Positions 13,450 through 25,067 of a stretch of 64,000 nt of DNA are shown here, one piece after another (positions within the stretch are counted from its first letter, which is position 1; each line of letters opens with the position of its first letter). The translations under genes were made by a program, and so were the position numbers. The notes beneath the pieces are model-generated. The model was not told the origin of the DNA, did not search any database, and was given only the letters and a program-made list of their open reading frames with translations. This DNA comes from Geosiphon pyriformis uo1 (lineage: Eukaryota; Fungi; Glomeromycota). The stretch lies in contig JAAOMT010000597.1 in assembly GCA_016748015.1 (NCBI GenBank), positions 558,001 to 622,000 of the forward strand, written 5' to 3'.

Positions 13450-16400
13450 GTAACCTGGTTTGGAAGTTTGTTATGTGCAATGTTCGTGAAATTAATATTC
13501 TTGCTAAACAGAAAGATGTAGTATGCTGACATAAGTGGTCAGGCAATATAGTGTCTTTTATTACAGAAACCAAGCTACATTCAAGTGTTGGGTCTTGGAT
13601 AGCCAATAAATTTGAGGGTGTTCAAGTTTTCGCTTTTGGTTTGGAAAAGGGTTTTTTAGGTGCTGGCATGACTGTCATTGTGAACAATTCCTTGGCTTGT
13701 CATGTGTTCAAAGTAGAGGAGGTTCCTGGTCGATTGATTTCAGTATGGCTCTTATTTAAGAGCAAGTTGTTGGTTATATTGTTAGGCTTATATGCTAGTG
13801 CTTCAGCTGAGGCTCATTTTTGTCAGGCTGTGGAAGTAAACTCTCTTATAGCTAAGGCTGTTAACTCCAGCACTTTTGTGATTTTGGGTGGGGACTTTAA
13901 TGAGAATAGTTCAAGTAGAAGTGCGAGCTTCAGGTTCTATCTGAAATTGGGTTTGGTCAATGCATTTACCAACCATCAACTGGTGGGAGCTTTCACATGG
14001 AGCAATTCCAGAGGGGCTAAGAAGACAATTGATTATGTTTTTGTCAGTAGAACTTTGGCATCTGCTCTTGCTAGTCATTAGGTCAAGTCTGTTTCTGAAT
14101 TCTTTGACACTAATTACAATGCTGTTTTGGTTTCGGTTGGCTTGGGTGGACTTTTGGACATTCAGTTGAATAGCTTGCGCAAACAGGCTAATAAGAATCA
14201 GTGAAAGTTTAAGATTAAGAATGTGGATGGCTTCAGATGGACTAGATTCAAAGATTATTCCTCTGCCATGCTTTTGGTGGCTACAGATGAGTTTTCTAGT
14301 GCTTTGGTTCTTGGAAATATAGATGCTGCATGGTCAATCCTGAAGGAAGTGATGATTGCTTCAGCTGATGAAATATTTTCGAGATGTTGGTTCAGTGAGT
14401 TTTAGTGCTCTAGAAATAAGCATTCCTCTAAGTTTTTTGGGTTGGAGCTTTTGGTTGCCAAAATTGTTAGGTGCTTCTGCTCTGGAGACATGCCTAAGAT
14501 CGAGTGCTTTGTGGGGAAGTGGTCAACTCTTGATGATACCAGAGCTCATGTCTTTGCTGACTTGTGTGAATCTGGTGTGAAATCTGAGGTGATTTTTAAA
14601 CATTTATTATTGGTGCGTAAAGATTACAGAAAATCAAAGCTGTTTAAGTCAAGGTTAGCTGAGGAAGCTTTTATCAAAAAGGCAATAGAGCAACACATGA
14701 AAAAATTTTGTTCAGATAAGGGTGGCATGATTAGGAATGTCTTGAATTGGCCTTTCTGCAAAGTGGTTTTGGATTATTTGGTGGTGGATGAAGAGCTGGT
14801 GTTGGAGCTGGATGACATGAAGCTTAAAGTTAATAAATCATGGAGGGGTGGACAAGGAAGAGGGATGTGTTGCCAGTTTTGTCTAATCTTTGGGCCCACC
14901 AATATGCTTCCTTGAATTATGTAAAGGATGATGCCTTTTCAGACGTGATGAGTGTGATCAATAAGGGTAAACTACTTTTAGTTGTTATGGGTCTGCCAGA
15001 TGGCAAGGCTGCTGGCTTGTCTGGCATTGCTAATGAGTTTTGGAAACATGGTGGAAAATTGGTGTTGGGATGTTTTTTGAATATTTTGAATGTGTGTCTG
15101 GTGTCGGGATGTGTTCCCATTCTGTGAAGAAGAGCTTGGATTTCTATGATTCCTAAACCTTACAACTGGGATGGGATTCTAATGAACACTCAGCCGATTG
15201 CACTTATCGAGACTGCCAAAAAGATTTTGTCCAAAATTCTTTCAGACCAAATTTTGGCCACTTACAGCAAGTTTGGTGTTCTTCGTGGGGACAATTTTTC
15301 TGTTTTAAAGAGTACATCTACACAGTCTTCTGTGTTTGCAATAGGCTTAGTGATTGAAGATGCATTGGAAAAAAATTGGAAACTTTGGCTGGTTCTGCAG
15401 AATATGCACAAGGCGTATGACTCAATTGGTTGACATTACTTGGAAGCTAGCTTGAGGCATATTAAAATATGTGATAAGTTTATCAAGTTCTTTGGCAGCA
15501 TTCATACAGATAGAGTTAATAGGGTCATGACAGATTTTGGTCTTTCAGATAACTATGTAGTACATGATGGCTTAGATCAAGGTGAGGTTTTTTCTCTCCT
15601 TCTCTGGAGAATCTTCTATGATCTGCTCTTGTGTGAAGTTAAACAACATGAACATTTGTGTGGATATTAAATTGATACTAAGTTTGTGGCAAAGACTGGC
15701 AGAATTAAAAATGTTGGTAGATTAACCTCTTTCTTTGCGGCTGGTGCTTTTGTAGATAATACAATATGAGTTGGAGATTGTCAGACATCTACACAATATG
15801 CTCTGAATATTGCTAGTGAGTTTTTTTCAATTAACAACATTTCTATTAATAATGAGAAGACAGTGGCCATTTCAATTAATCAGGGTGTACAAGTGACTTC
15901 TTTGAGTATTAGTAGTCGGCCTATCTCTATTGCCAAAAAGAGTGAAGCTTATCGTTATTTGGAGATATTCTTGTCTACTGATGGACTGTCCAAGCCCAGT
16001 TTTGCTAAGGCCCATTCTGACATTCGATTTTTTATCAATGTAGTGCTCAGAAAAGCAGTTATGGATAAACAGTTCTCTTATTTGGTGTTAGCTGTTTTGC
16101 AGCCTATTATTAGTTACTGTACCCAGTTCAGCTTCGTGTCTTTGAATGTGTGTCACAAGTGGGATGTCATGGTCAGAAAAGGTCTCAAAATCAAGGCCTG
16201 CCTCCCTCACAACTTTTCTGATGCAGCTTTACATCATTCTTTGTTATATGGCTTGAAATCTTTTAAGCAATTGCAGTCTGAGAGCAAGTTGGCTGCTGTG
16301 GTCTCTTTTTCTAATGCTTTTGGCATTCTGAAGTGTTTGTTTAACCACAGATTTTTGGATTTGCAGGTTTTGAGTTGGGCTCCCTTGGATCTTTTGCAGT

Positions 16401-18136
16401 TTCCTGTTAGGTTGCATGTCAGTCCTGTAAACAATTTTCTGGTTGGTATGGTTAGGATTTTTTTGCATGATGGACTCTCTTTGGTGAACCACCTGCCTAG
16501 TGCTTTCCGTAGCCCTGGTGTTTTTTCTATGTCGTCTGTTCTGGATGGTTTTCTTTATTATGATTTTGTTTGTTTTTTGAAACGTTTTGGTGTTGTTTTT
16601 GCAGATAGGTTGCTTGATAAGAAAGATTATGTAATGGATTGAAAAACTTTCTATCAGTGAAAAAGGCTTGATCTGAGGAGGCCTGTTCCCTTTTGGTTTG
16701 GTCTGACCAGTAAGTTTTTGGTTGATGGTAGTATTCTGCTATCTGGTTCTTTTTGGTCTGTTGGGTGTTCTGGTTTGAACATTTTTGACTCTGAGGAATT
16801 TTCTAAGATGCAGAGTTGTCTACATGAGTTGTGGTCTAGTTCTTTTGAAGTTTTTATGGATGGTTTGCTGGTGAATACTGGGTCTGGTGATGTTGCTGAC
16901 GGCACAGCTGTTTACTTTTTTTCTGTGGATCTTAGTATTAGTGTGGGTATTTCTGGGCTATTGTCATCTACTTTGGCCAAGTTGCAGGCTGTTATGTTGG
17001 CATTGGAATGTGTTCCATCTTCTAGTATGGTGGCATTGCATTTTGACAGCCAAGCTGTCATCAATGCTTGTGTGTCTGAGATGTCTTTTGCTGTGCCTGA
17101 TTTTTGTGTTCCATGTTGGGTGGAGAGGTGTTATATTTTCAATCTTAAAAAAGAAAAAGATCTTAGTGTGAATTGGGTTAAAGTTAAGGGACATTCTGGA
17201 GTTTATGGTAATATTAGAGCTGATTTTGCTGTTGGTGCTGCTATTTGTTCTCAGTTTTTTATGTCTGTGGAAGTACAGAAATGTTTTTTGAAGGCTGATG
17301 GCATGGTTTTGTTTGGCAATATTTGTCATTTTGCTAGGGACTTACATAAGTCTGTCTGTCGTGCTTGCTGGGAAGCTGGTCCTAACTGTGATGTGATTCC
17401 AGGTAAGCTGGTGGGGTGTGTGAACTGGACAGCTACCTCAAGAGTGTGGCATCTTGATTCACATATGCTTGCTGGTTTTACTAGTCAAAAGTCTTCTGGT
17501 CTGTGGTTGTATCTGATGAAAGCTGTTTACCGCCACCTACCAGTGGCAGTTCAGAAGAGGTTATATAACAAAGGGTATCCTGGTGTGCTTTGCTTACTGT
17601 GTGGTGAGGTAGAGTTGCCTGATCATGTTCTTTTATGCATTTTGGATGCTAGCATTTGGGAGGAGATTTTGGCTGGAGCTTTTACTTTGTGGGTCTCCCT
17701 GTTGAGTCCTTGTTTTTTGATATCTTCTGTCACTTTGATGTTTCTTAATAGTTGTTCTTCAGATGTTGGTCTTTACTTGGTTTTGTGCAAGGGTTTTGTA
17801 ATGTCAGACTGGTGTCTTGAGGCCATTGATGCTTTCAAGAATAAGAAGAGGACTGCTGGTATTGTCATTGATTTTGTTAGGGGTGTGGTAGAGTTGCATT
17901 ATACTAAAGTCTAGTTGATTAGGACTAAGCATAGGGTGGATATAGAGAGAGCTGGTTTGGTTAAAGATGGTGGGTTGGTTTTTGGTCTGCCTTGTTGTGC
18001 AGCTTCTGCTTTGTCAGATAGTGTGGTTAGATTACTTGGTATTTTGGAGTCTTTCATTGTTAATTTTGGCTGTCGTCGGACTTGTCTGTTCTTTTCTGGT
18101 TTGGATTTTAACCTGCAGGTTGTTATAGGTGTATAG
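13446..18136 (+). pseudogene. LINE copy 1 ORF2: APE endonuclease - RT - RNase H - CCHC zinc finger
   Basis: APE: ITETKL, ILGGDFNE, TWSNSRG..KTIDYVFVS. RT: MIPKP..W, PIALIE, KAYDS, GLDQGEVFS, AFVDN. RNase H: WVKVKGHSGVYGNIRAD. Zinc finger CLLCGEVELPDHVLLC. Many nonsense codons. Confidence 0.93.
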
Positions 18137-18279
18137 TGTTGCTTTGTCTGGCCTGAGTGGCTAGCCATATGTAGAAAGTGTGTGAATCACATTTAGTTTG
18201 GGTCTCTTAGTTTGGCTCTATGTATTAGATAGTGATTGGGCTTTACTCTTTAAACGCATAATAATAATAATAATAAAAT

Positions 18280-18885
18280 ATTTAAATTATAATATTTTGG
18301 TATTATTAAAGATAATTTAATAAACATATTAATAAATAAAATAAGTATTTATATAAATATATTTGTTAAATATTTTGGCTTATTAAGTATTATTTATAAA
18401 ATATTTGTGTATTTTTTTAATTTAAGTATAAATATTAATATTAGTATATATAGTTTAATGTTTTTAACTTTAATTAATTTATTTATTATTATTTTATTAT
18501 TAAAGTGTATTTTAGTTTTTAATATAATAATAATTTATTTAGGTAATATAAACAATAATTAGGCCACTTTATTTGCTGATAATACTTTAAATTTAATAAT
18601 TATATCTATATAATTTTTATAAATAATTTGTTTTTAAAATTTAATTCTTTAAATTATTTTTGGTCTTAAGTAATATTTTTACTATTAGTATATTAATAAT
18701 TAATTTAGTTTACAAATTATTATATATTATAGATTAAATATTTGATTATTTAGTATTATTTTAATTGGTTTAAATAGTTAATTATATATAAAAAGAATAT
18801 AAATTATGTTTATTTTAAGATCTTTAATAGTTATAATATAATAAATAATAATTAAAACTTATTAAAATAAAATAAAATAAAAATT
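18280..18885 (+). mobile_element. Ghost LINE fragment (RNase H coding segment plus 3' UTR and tail), almost fully AT-converted
   Basis: From 18341 it reads ISIYINIFVKYFG..VYFFNLSINI..LMFLTLINL..LLKCIL, the C>T/G>A image of the RNase H stretch I.VYTDGS....G...AVYF....G..V.GL.SSTLAEL.A..LALECVP. Bases ~18750-18815 match the LINE 3' UTR and are followed by an A-rich tail. Confidence 0.65.
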
Positions 18886-19756
18886 TCAATAATTTATAAA
18901 TTAAAATATATATTTTTGTTATTAAAAATTCATTTTTTTTTATATATTTAAAGCCAAATATAATTAATATAATGTTTTTAAAATTTTAATAACTTAATTA
19001 TTTATTTTTAATTATAATAATTAACAAAATAATCATTTTTTTATTTTTTTATTTTTTTTTAGAAATTTGTAATTAATTTAAAAAAAACTAAAAGTAATAT
19101 AAATAACAATAAAATAATAATAAATAATTTAGTAAAAAAAAAGCATACTTTAAATTAATCTTATTAAAAGTTTTTAGCTTATTAAAAAAACAAAAAATAA
19201 TAATAAATTTTATTAATTACATAAATTAGATTAAATACAACTCATATAATACAATTAAAGAATAATTAATAACAATATTATTATTAATATTAAATTTTAA
19301 AAAGGTTTAATTTTTTTGTTCTTTATATAAAAAATGTTATGAATAAACTATTTAAAAAAACCATTAAAAAATTTTTAAATGTTATAAAGACTTTTAAATA
19401 TTATAAAATTAAGTACCAAAAACTGTTTTATTTTATTTAAAACTTTATTATTTGTAATACTAGTTTTAATATAATTAAAGTACTATTAAAAATATCAAAA
19501 AATGAAGTTTTTTAATAATTTAAATAAATTAACAAATTATAAAAAAGAAAAAAAACTTAAAGATAATAATATTTTTAAAAAAAATTTTATTTAAAGCCAA
19601 AAAAATGTTTTAATATTAATAAAAAGCTATTTTGCTATAATATTATTTAAAAAAAGCATTTTTATAAAATATTATTAAGTAGTTTTTATAATTATAAGTG
19701 TGTTTTTAGTAAAATAATTTTAAATATTAAAGTATTTACAATTTTTTTTTCTTTAT

Positions 19757-19759
<3 letters not shown>

Positions 19760-19793
<34 letters not shown>

Positions 19794-19895
19794 GATATAT
19801 ATATATTTTTTTATGGAAATTTAATGAGTGTGGCCAAATTATTATCTAAAAATTAGAAACAAACTAAGAATTCTAATGCTAAATATAGTTTATAT
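19760..19895 (-). mobile_element. Terminal 3' UTR and (TAA)n tail of a LINE, cut by the LTR insertion at 19896
   Basis: The reverse complement (..tatttagcattagaattcttagtttgtttctaatttttagataataatttggccacactcattaaa..(taa)n) matches the end of LINE copy 1 (18190-18276). Confidence 0.65.
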
Positions 19896-20804
19896 TATTA
19901 CAGGTGATTATTTGGGATATAAAAACAAATACCATATCTGTAACTTGGTGCTTAATAGTTAAAGATTTTAGTATCTAAAAGTTTTGATTAAGTTTTTTAT
20001 ATAATAAACAAAGATTTAATAGTTAGTTTTAGTAGTCTCCTGGAATGTTTATTTTATCAAATTTTTTTTTTCAGTATAATGGCCAGTTTATTTTGACAGT
20101 TATGTCCTTTTAGTAAACTATCTGTTAATTTATAAATTTTATACTCTTATTTTTGGATTTTTTACCAAGCTATCTTTAATATCAATTACTCAATACTTAA
20201 TCTTTTAATCTGTTAGTAAATCAACATAACAAAAAAGAAAATTAAAAAAATTAAAAAAAATTAAGAAGAAAATAAGAAATTAATATTTTGTCAATAGCTG
20301 TAATTAAGAACTATTGTTTTAGTATGGTTAAGTATTAGATATTATTAACATAAAGTGTTAATAACAGATAAGTAATAGAGATTCTTAATTAAATAATAAT
20401 AATATGGATTAGATAATAATAAGTATGTTTTATTTAATATTTTATTGATAAATTCATTCTGATAGATATTAACTATTTGTAAAGTGAGGGTTAATTAATA
20501 GATAAAAAAAAGAATACTAAATTGGAACTAAACCAAATTTTAAATACTTTTCTTGCTTTTAATACTATTGCTATATATATAGTTGGTATTATACAAAATT
20601 CTTGAAATCTTGCAATTCTTTTAAAGAAATTCTGGAATTCTGAAATTTTGGAATCCTGCAATTTTTTACAAAGAATTTTGAATTTTTAGAATTTTAGAAT
20701 CCTATAATTTTTTTAAAAAAATCCTAGAATTTTTTTGTTACTATGCCTATTTCTGATTGGCTATTTTTTTAATTATATATTACTCTTATTTTCTATGAGT
20801 AATA
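19896..20804 (-). repeat. 3' LTR of gypsy A (LTR family 1)
   Basis: Degenerate TGTTAC...GTAACA termini (TATTAC/GTAATA). Colinear with the intact solo LTR at 36258-37168 and adjacent to the PPT. Confidence 0.88.
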
Positions 20805-20809
20805 TTATT

Positions 20810-21530
20810 CCTTCCTTTTAATATTAAGCTCTGTTGAAATTTTCTAAGCTTTCTAGATTTTCCTCTTAGATTAACTTCATAATTTCTTTCTCCAAAATTG
20901 CTTTTGTAATTTTGGTCTGTAATTTTTTAAATTAAGCATTAGTTAATTTTTCCAATTAATTAATAGTTACTATATTCATTGTTAGATATAGTAATATTTT
21001 TGGTCTGTTTTAAAATTTTATCTATAGTCAGTAAATAATTCTTATGTGTATAAATAAATTGTTCTTTTCAACAAGTTGTTCAATTTATTATAGTCAACTT
21101 GAATTAAATTTCTTTTTTATTTTGTTAGTATATAAGTTTTTGATACTTATCTGTTGTTCCAACTGATAGTAACAAAAGTTCTTTGGATTTTGTTGTATCT
21201 ATTAATTTCAATTATCTAAGATTTATTCTTTTTTTAGTATTAGTATTCTTAGATCTTCCAATGTTTTTTTTATTTTTCCTATTATCTTATCTATAGTGTT
21301 TTCAAAAATATAGTGTCTAGAATATTGTTCTTTGGTTTGGTCTTTTTGCATTATTTCTTTGTCTTTGGATTGAATTATGTATTTATTGATGATAACTTCC
21401 AAGCTTAATTCCTGTTGTTAAATCAATTGTAATAGTTGTTATGTAAATGAATAAATGTTATCAGTCATTTCTATTTTTTTTTGTTGTTTTTGTTATGTAT
21501 ACTGGTTTTTTATATACTGTTATAGTAGAT
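20810..21530 (-). pseudogene. Extra ORF (ORF3) between pol and PPT of gypsy A, unknown function
   Basis: Reads IEMTDNIYSF..QLLQLI..ENTIDKIIGK..NFCYYQL..IEQLVEKNNLF..Y*L..F*NRPKILL..VTIN*LEKLTNA*FKKLQTKITKAILEKEI. Homologous to the same position in elements B and C. Confidence 0.75.
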
Positions 21531-24500
21531 TACTTCGACATGTTTGCTTCAATGATGATAATTGGTTTTAGATCTTATGAAATTTTATCTGGTTTAACTA
21601 GTATTCTTTGTATTTTTAATTGTAGAATATTATTAATAAATAATAATGCTATATTGTAATATGGTTTCAATCAATCTCTATGTGCTGCTTTAGCTAAGCT
21701 TTTGTTGTCTTATCTTAGTTTATAAGCTTTATTTTCTAGAATTTTTTTAATGTAAAATGATTTATCCTATTTGGGATCAAATTTTTTACTTCATTGTTTT
21801 TCTGCTTTGGTATAATATAAAAATACTTTGTCTTTAATTTTGAATTTAATTGGTTTATCTGGTATTTGGTTATTATATCATTTTTTTTGTTTTTTTGTAA
21901 CCTTTGAATGTTATTAGCTGTTTTTTTTTTTGTTTTTCAATATTTCTATTAGTTTATATGTTCTTTTTAGCAATATTTTTTGGAAGTTGGCTTTTATTAT
22001 TGGTTCTATTGGATATGTGTTAATATTTATCTTAACTAGTAATATTGCTGTTTTATCATAAACAAGTTCAAATAATGTTGTTTATGTAATATTTGTTTTA
22101 TTGTTTAATAAGCAAATAGTATTAATAGTATAAACAAATTCTATTCATTCTGGTTTTTTTGTCTGATTTTTGCTATTGTTTCACATAATGTTCTGTTGAA
22201 TTTTTCTACTAAGCTATTTGTTTGTGAATAATATAATGATAATAATAGTCTTTTAATTCCAAATTTTTGACTTAATTCTGTTAATATTCTGTTTACAAAA
22301 TAAGTTTTTTGATCTGATAATAATTTTTTTGAACATCTGTATTTACAATTAAAGCTTGGTAAATAAATTCAGCTATAGATTTTGCATTTGCTTTTTGGAT
22401 TGCTTTTACTTTTGGCTATTTAGTAAGATAGTTTATAGCTATTGCTATATAATGATTGTCTTTACTAATTATTATTAATAATTCAACTAAGTTAATTCCA
22501 ATTTGATTAAATAGTTGTCTCACTTTAATTAGTCTTAATAGTATATTGAATCTTGTCTCTTCTTTTCTTTAACAAGCATTACAATTTTGAATATATTAAA
22601 TAATGTTTAAATGTATTAATAGCCAATAATATCTTTTTCTGGTTTTTTCTATGATTGCTTTTTTATGAAAATATTTTGCTGTTGAATACATATTGAATAG
22701 TATTGTTTCTTTTTCTGGTTCCATAATAATTTTAAGTGGTTGATCTAGATATTTTCTGTTTTTCTGATATAATATATCTTAATAAATAATAAAATATTTT
22801 GATTGTTGTTTTATGTTGTTTTGTTTTTTTTGAAATAATTTCTTCTTAAACTGCTGAGTATTAATATAATATTCGAATTGTTGATATTTTTGTGTGTTTA
22901 TCTTTTGTTATATTTTTTTGGATTGAAACTATTAGCATTTCCGTTTTTTTTTTCTTATAATGTATCATATAATTGAATAGTGATAGTTTTATTTTCTATC
23001 TTATATAATAGTTATTTCTAAATTCTTGCTTCTGGATTGATGTTAACTCTTTGTGGTTAGTGTACACATCAAACTTTTAACTCAAATATTCCTTTTATTT
23101 AATAACAGCCTAATAAATAGCCAAATGTTTTAATGCCAGAGTTCTATAGTTCTTTTCAGTTGAGCTTAAGCTTTAACTGACATATGCTACTAGATGTTTT
23201 TTTTTATTTGATTTTTTTTGTAATAATATGGCTCCTAATACTTGATTTAATATATCAGTGGTAATAATAAATAATTTGCTGTAATCTGGATAGATTAATA
23301 CTGGTGCTTAGATAAGTTTTTTTCTTAATATGTTAAAAGCTTTTTGTTCAGTTTCAGTCTATTTATATTTTACATTTTTTGCTTGGAACTAATAAAGTAG
23401 TTAAGCCAGTTTAGAAAAGTTTTGGATAAAATAACAATAATATCTAGCAAATTCCAAAAATGTTCTTAATTTTATAAGATTTGTTAATACTAGAAAGTTC
23501 TTGACTATCTTAATCTTATCTGAATTTATTTTGATGCTGTCTTTACTTATAATATGTCCCAAAAACTTGAGTTCTGTTTTGTTAAAAAAACACTTGTTTG
23601 CATTTAATTTTAACTCAGCTTTTCTTAATTTTTTGAATATTTGTTGGAAATAGTAGAGATGATTGTTAAATGTTTTTGAGAATACATTAGTATTATTCAA
23701 GTAGAGTACTATTAATTTCTATAGTAATCCAGTATAGATGATTTCCATAAGTCATTGAAAAATAGCTAAAGCATTTATTAAGCTGAAAGACATAATATTA
23801 AATTCAAAGTTCTTTTCTCTGGTTGTAAATGCTGTCTTCTCTTTATTAGCTGGACTCATGACTACTTGTCAGTAACTACTGTTTAGATCCAATGTTGAAA
23901 ACCATTTTTTTTTTCAAATGCATCAAATAGTTTTTGAATTTGTAAAATTAGATAGCTGTTTTTATAAGTAATATTGTTGAGTTTTTTGTAATTTACACAA
24001 AAACAGATTTTTTTATTTTTCTTTTGGACAAGTATTACTGATAATAACTATGAACTTATTGATAGTTGAATTAATCTGTTGTCTAACATTCTGTTAATTT
24101 TTTGTTAAATAATTTTATGGCTTGTTAGTAGTACTCAGTATGTTTGTTGTTTGATTGGCATAGCATTTCCAGTTTTAATTTGATGCCAGATAATATCAGT
24201 TCTGCCAAATTTGTTTTCACTGGCAAAGATATCAGTAAAATTGCTAAGTAGTATTTTGAGCTATATATATTAAAGTGGGTTTAAGTTTCTCAAGTTTATT
24301 TGGTCTAATTGTTTTGGTTAAAGCAAATAATATTTTTCTTTTCCATATATAATTTGTGATGTAATATTTACATATCTGTACAGTTATAGAAAATTTGAAA
24401 TAGTATTTGGTAATTGGTTTTCAACTTCAGTACTTAAATATCTGATAATAGTACTGTTTGGTATTTTAATAGTGTTTCTAATTATGTTGTAGATAAAAAT

Positions 24501-24719
24501 TTTGATGTGTTTACAGTTTTTGGTTAGTATGTAGAGATTGGTGATTCTAATTTTTTTTGATTTACAAATAGTTGATTCTGCTTCAAAAATCTAAGACTGG
24601 TCTCTTATTTTCCTTTTTATTACTAATATATACTGATTATATAGTAGAATAAAAACTGATTAATAAGTAGAAATAATTTTTTCTTTATTAATTATTTTTT
24701 TTTCTGCTATATTGACTAA

Positions 24720-25067
24720 TACATCTATTTTACTTATAGATTCAAATCTATTTTTCTTTTTGGCTGTGATTTCTAGTTTTTTTCTTGTTTTTACTGGCAC
24801 TAATTAAGTTATTTTTACTAAAAATAAGAATATTATTTATGTTATTTTTTTGTTTGGTTTAATTATATATGGTTTTTTTGATTTATTTTGTAGTATTACA
24901 ATGATATTTCTTACATATTTTGCATTAATTATTCCTCTTCTGATGTTAATTTTCTTCTTCACTAAATTAGATCTAGATGCTAATTGAACTATTATTGTTG
25001 CCAAAATTTCTAGCACTATTTTTAGATTAATACTAGTGTGCAAATATGGTTTTAATTTGATGATTAT
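24720..25067 (-). pseudogene. dUTPase domain within pol of gypsy A
   Basis: QLASRSNL (motif II); RGIINAKYVRNI (motif III GIID.GY.G after G>A reversion); KIT*IIFL (motif IV IAQ); TAKRKNRFESIS (motif V RG..GFGS). Confidence 0.85.

Larger units (their letters stand above)
11451..18276 (+). mobile_element. Full-length non-LTR retrotransposon (LINE copy 1), inactivated
   Basis: 5' motif AAACTTCTTTTTCTCT is shared with copies 2 and 3. Contains ORF1 and ORF2, a conserved 3' UTR and a (TAA)n tail at ~18259-18276. Confidence 0.93.
19896..25067 (-). mobile_element. Ty3/gypsy LTR retrotransposon A (3' LTR, ORF3, IN, RNase H, RT, dUTPase); 5' part lost where element B inserted
   Basis: LTR 19896-20804, preceded on the minus strand by PPT AAAAGGAAGGAATAA. 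GPY/F-type IN tail at ~21660-21850, IN core at ~22000-22700, RT with YLNN (from YLDD) at 23692-23703, dUTPase at ~24720-25067. Confidence 0.9.

Noticed and set aside
24837-25043. Initially read as a retroviral aspartic protease
   Set aside because: The motifs (SRS, GII[D].[G]Y.[G], downstream [G]F[G]S) fit a dUTPase.
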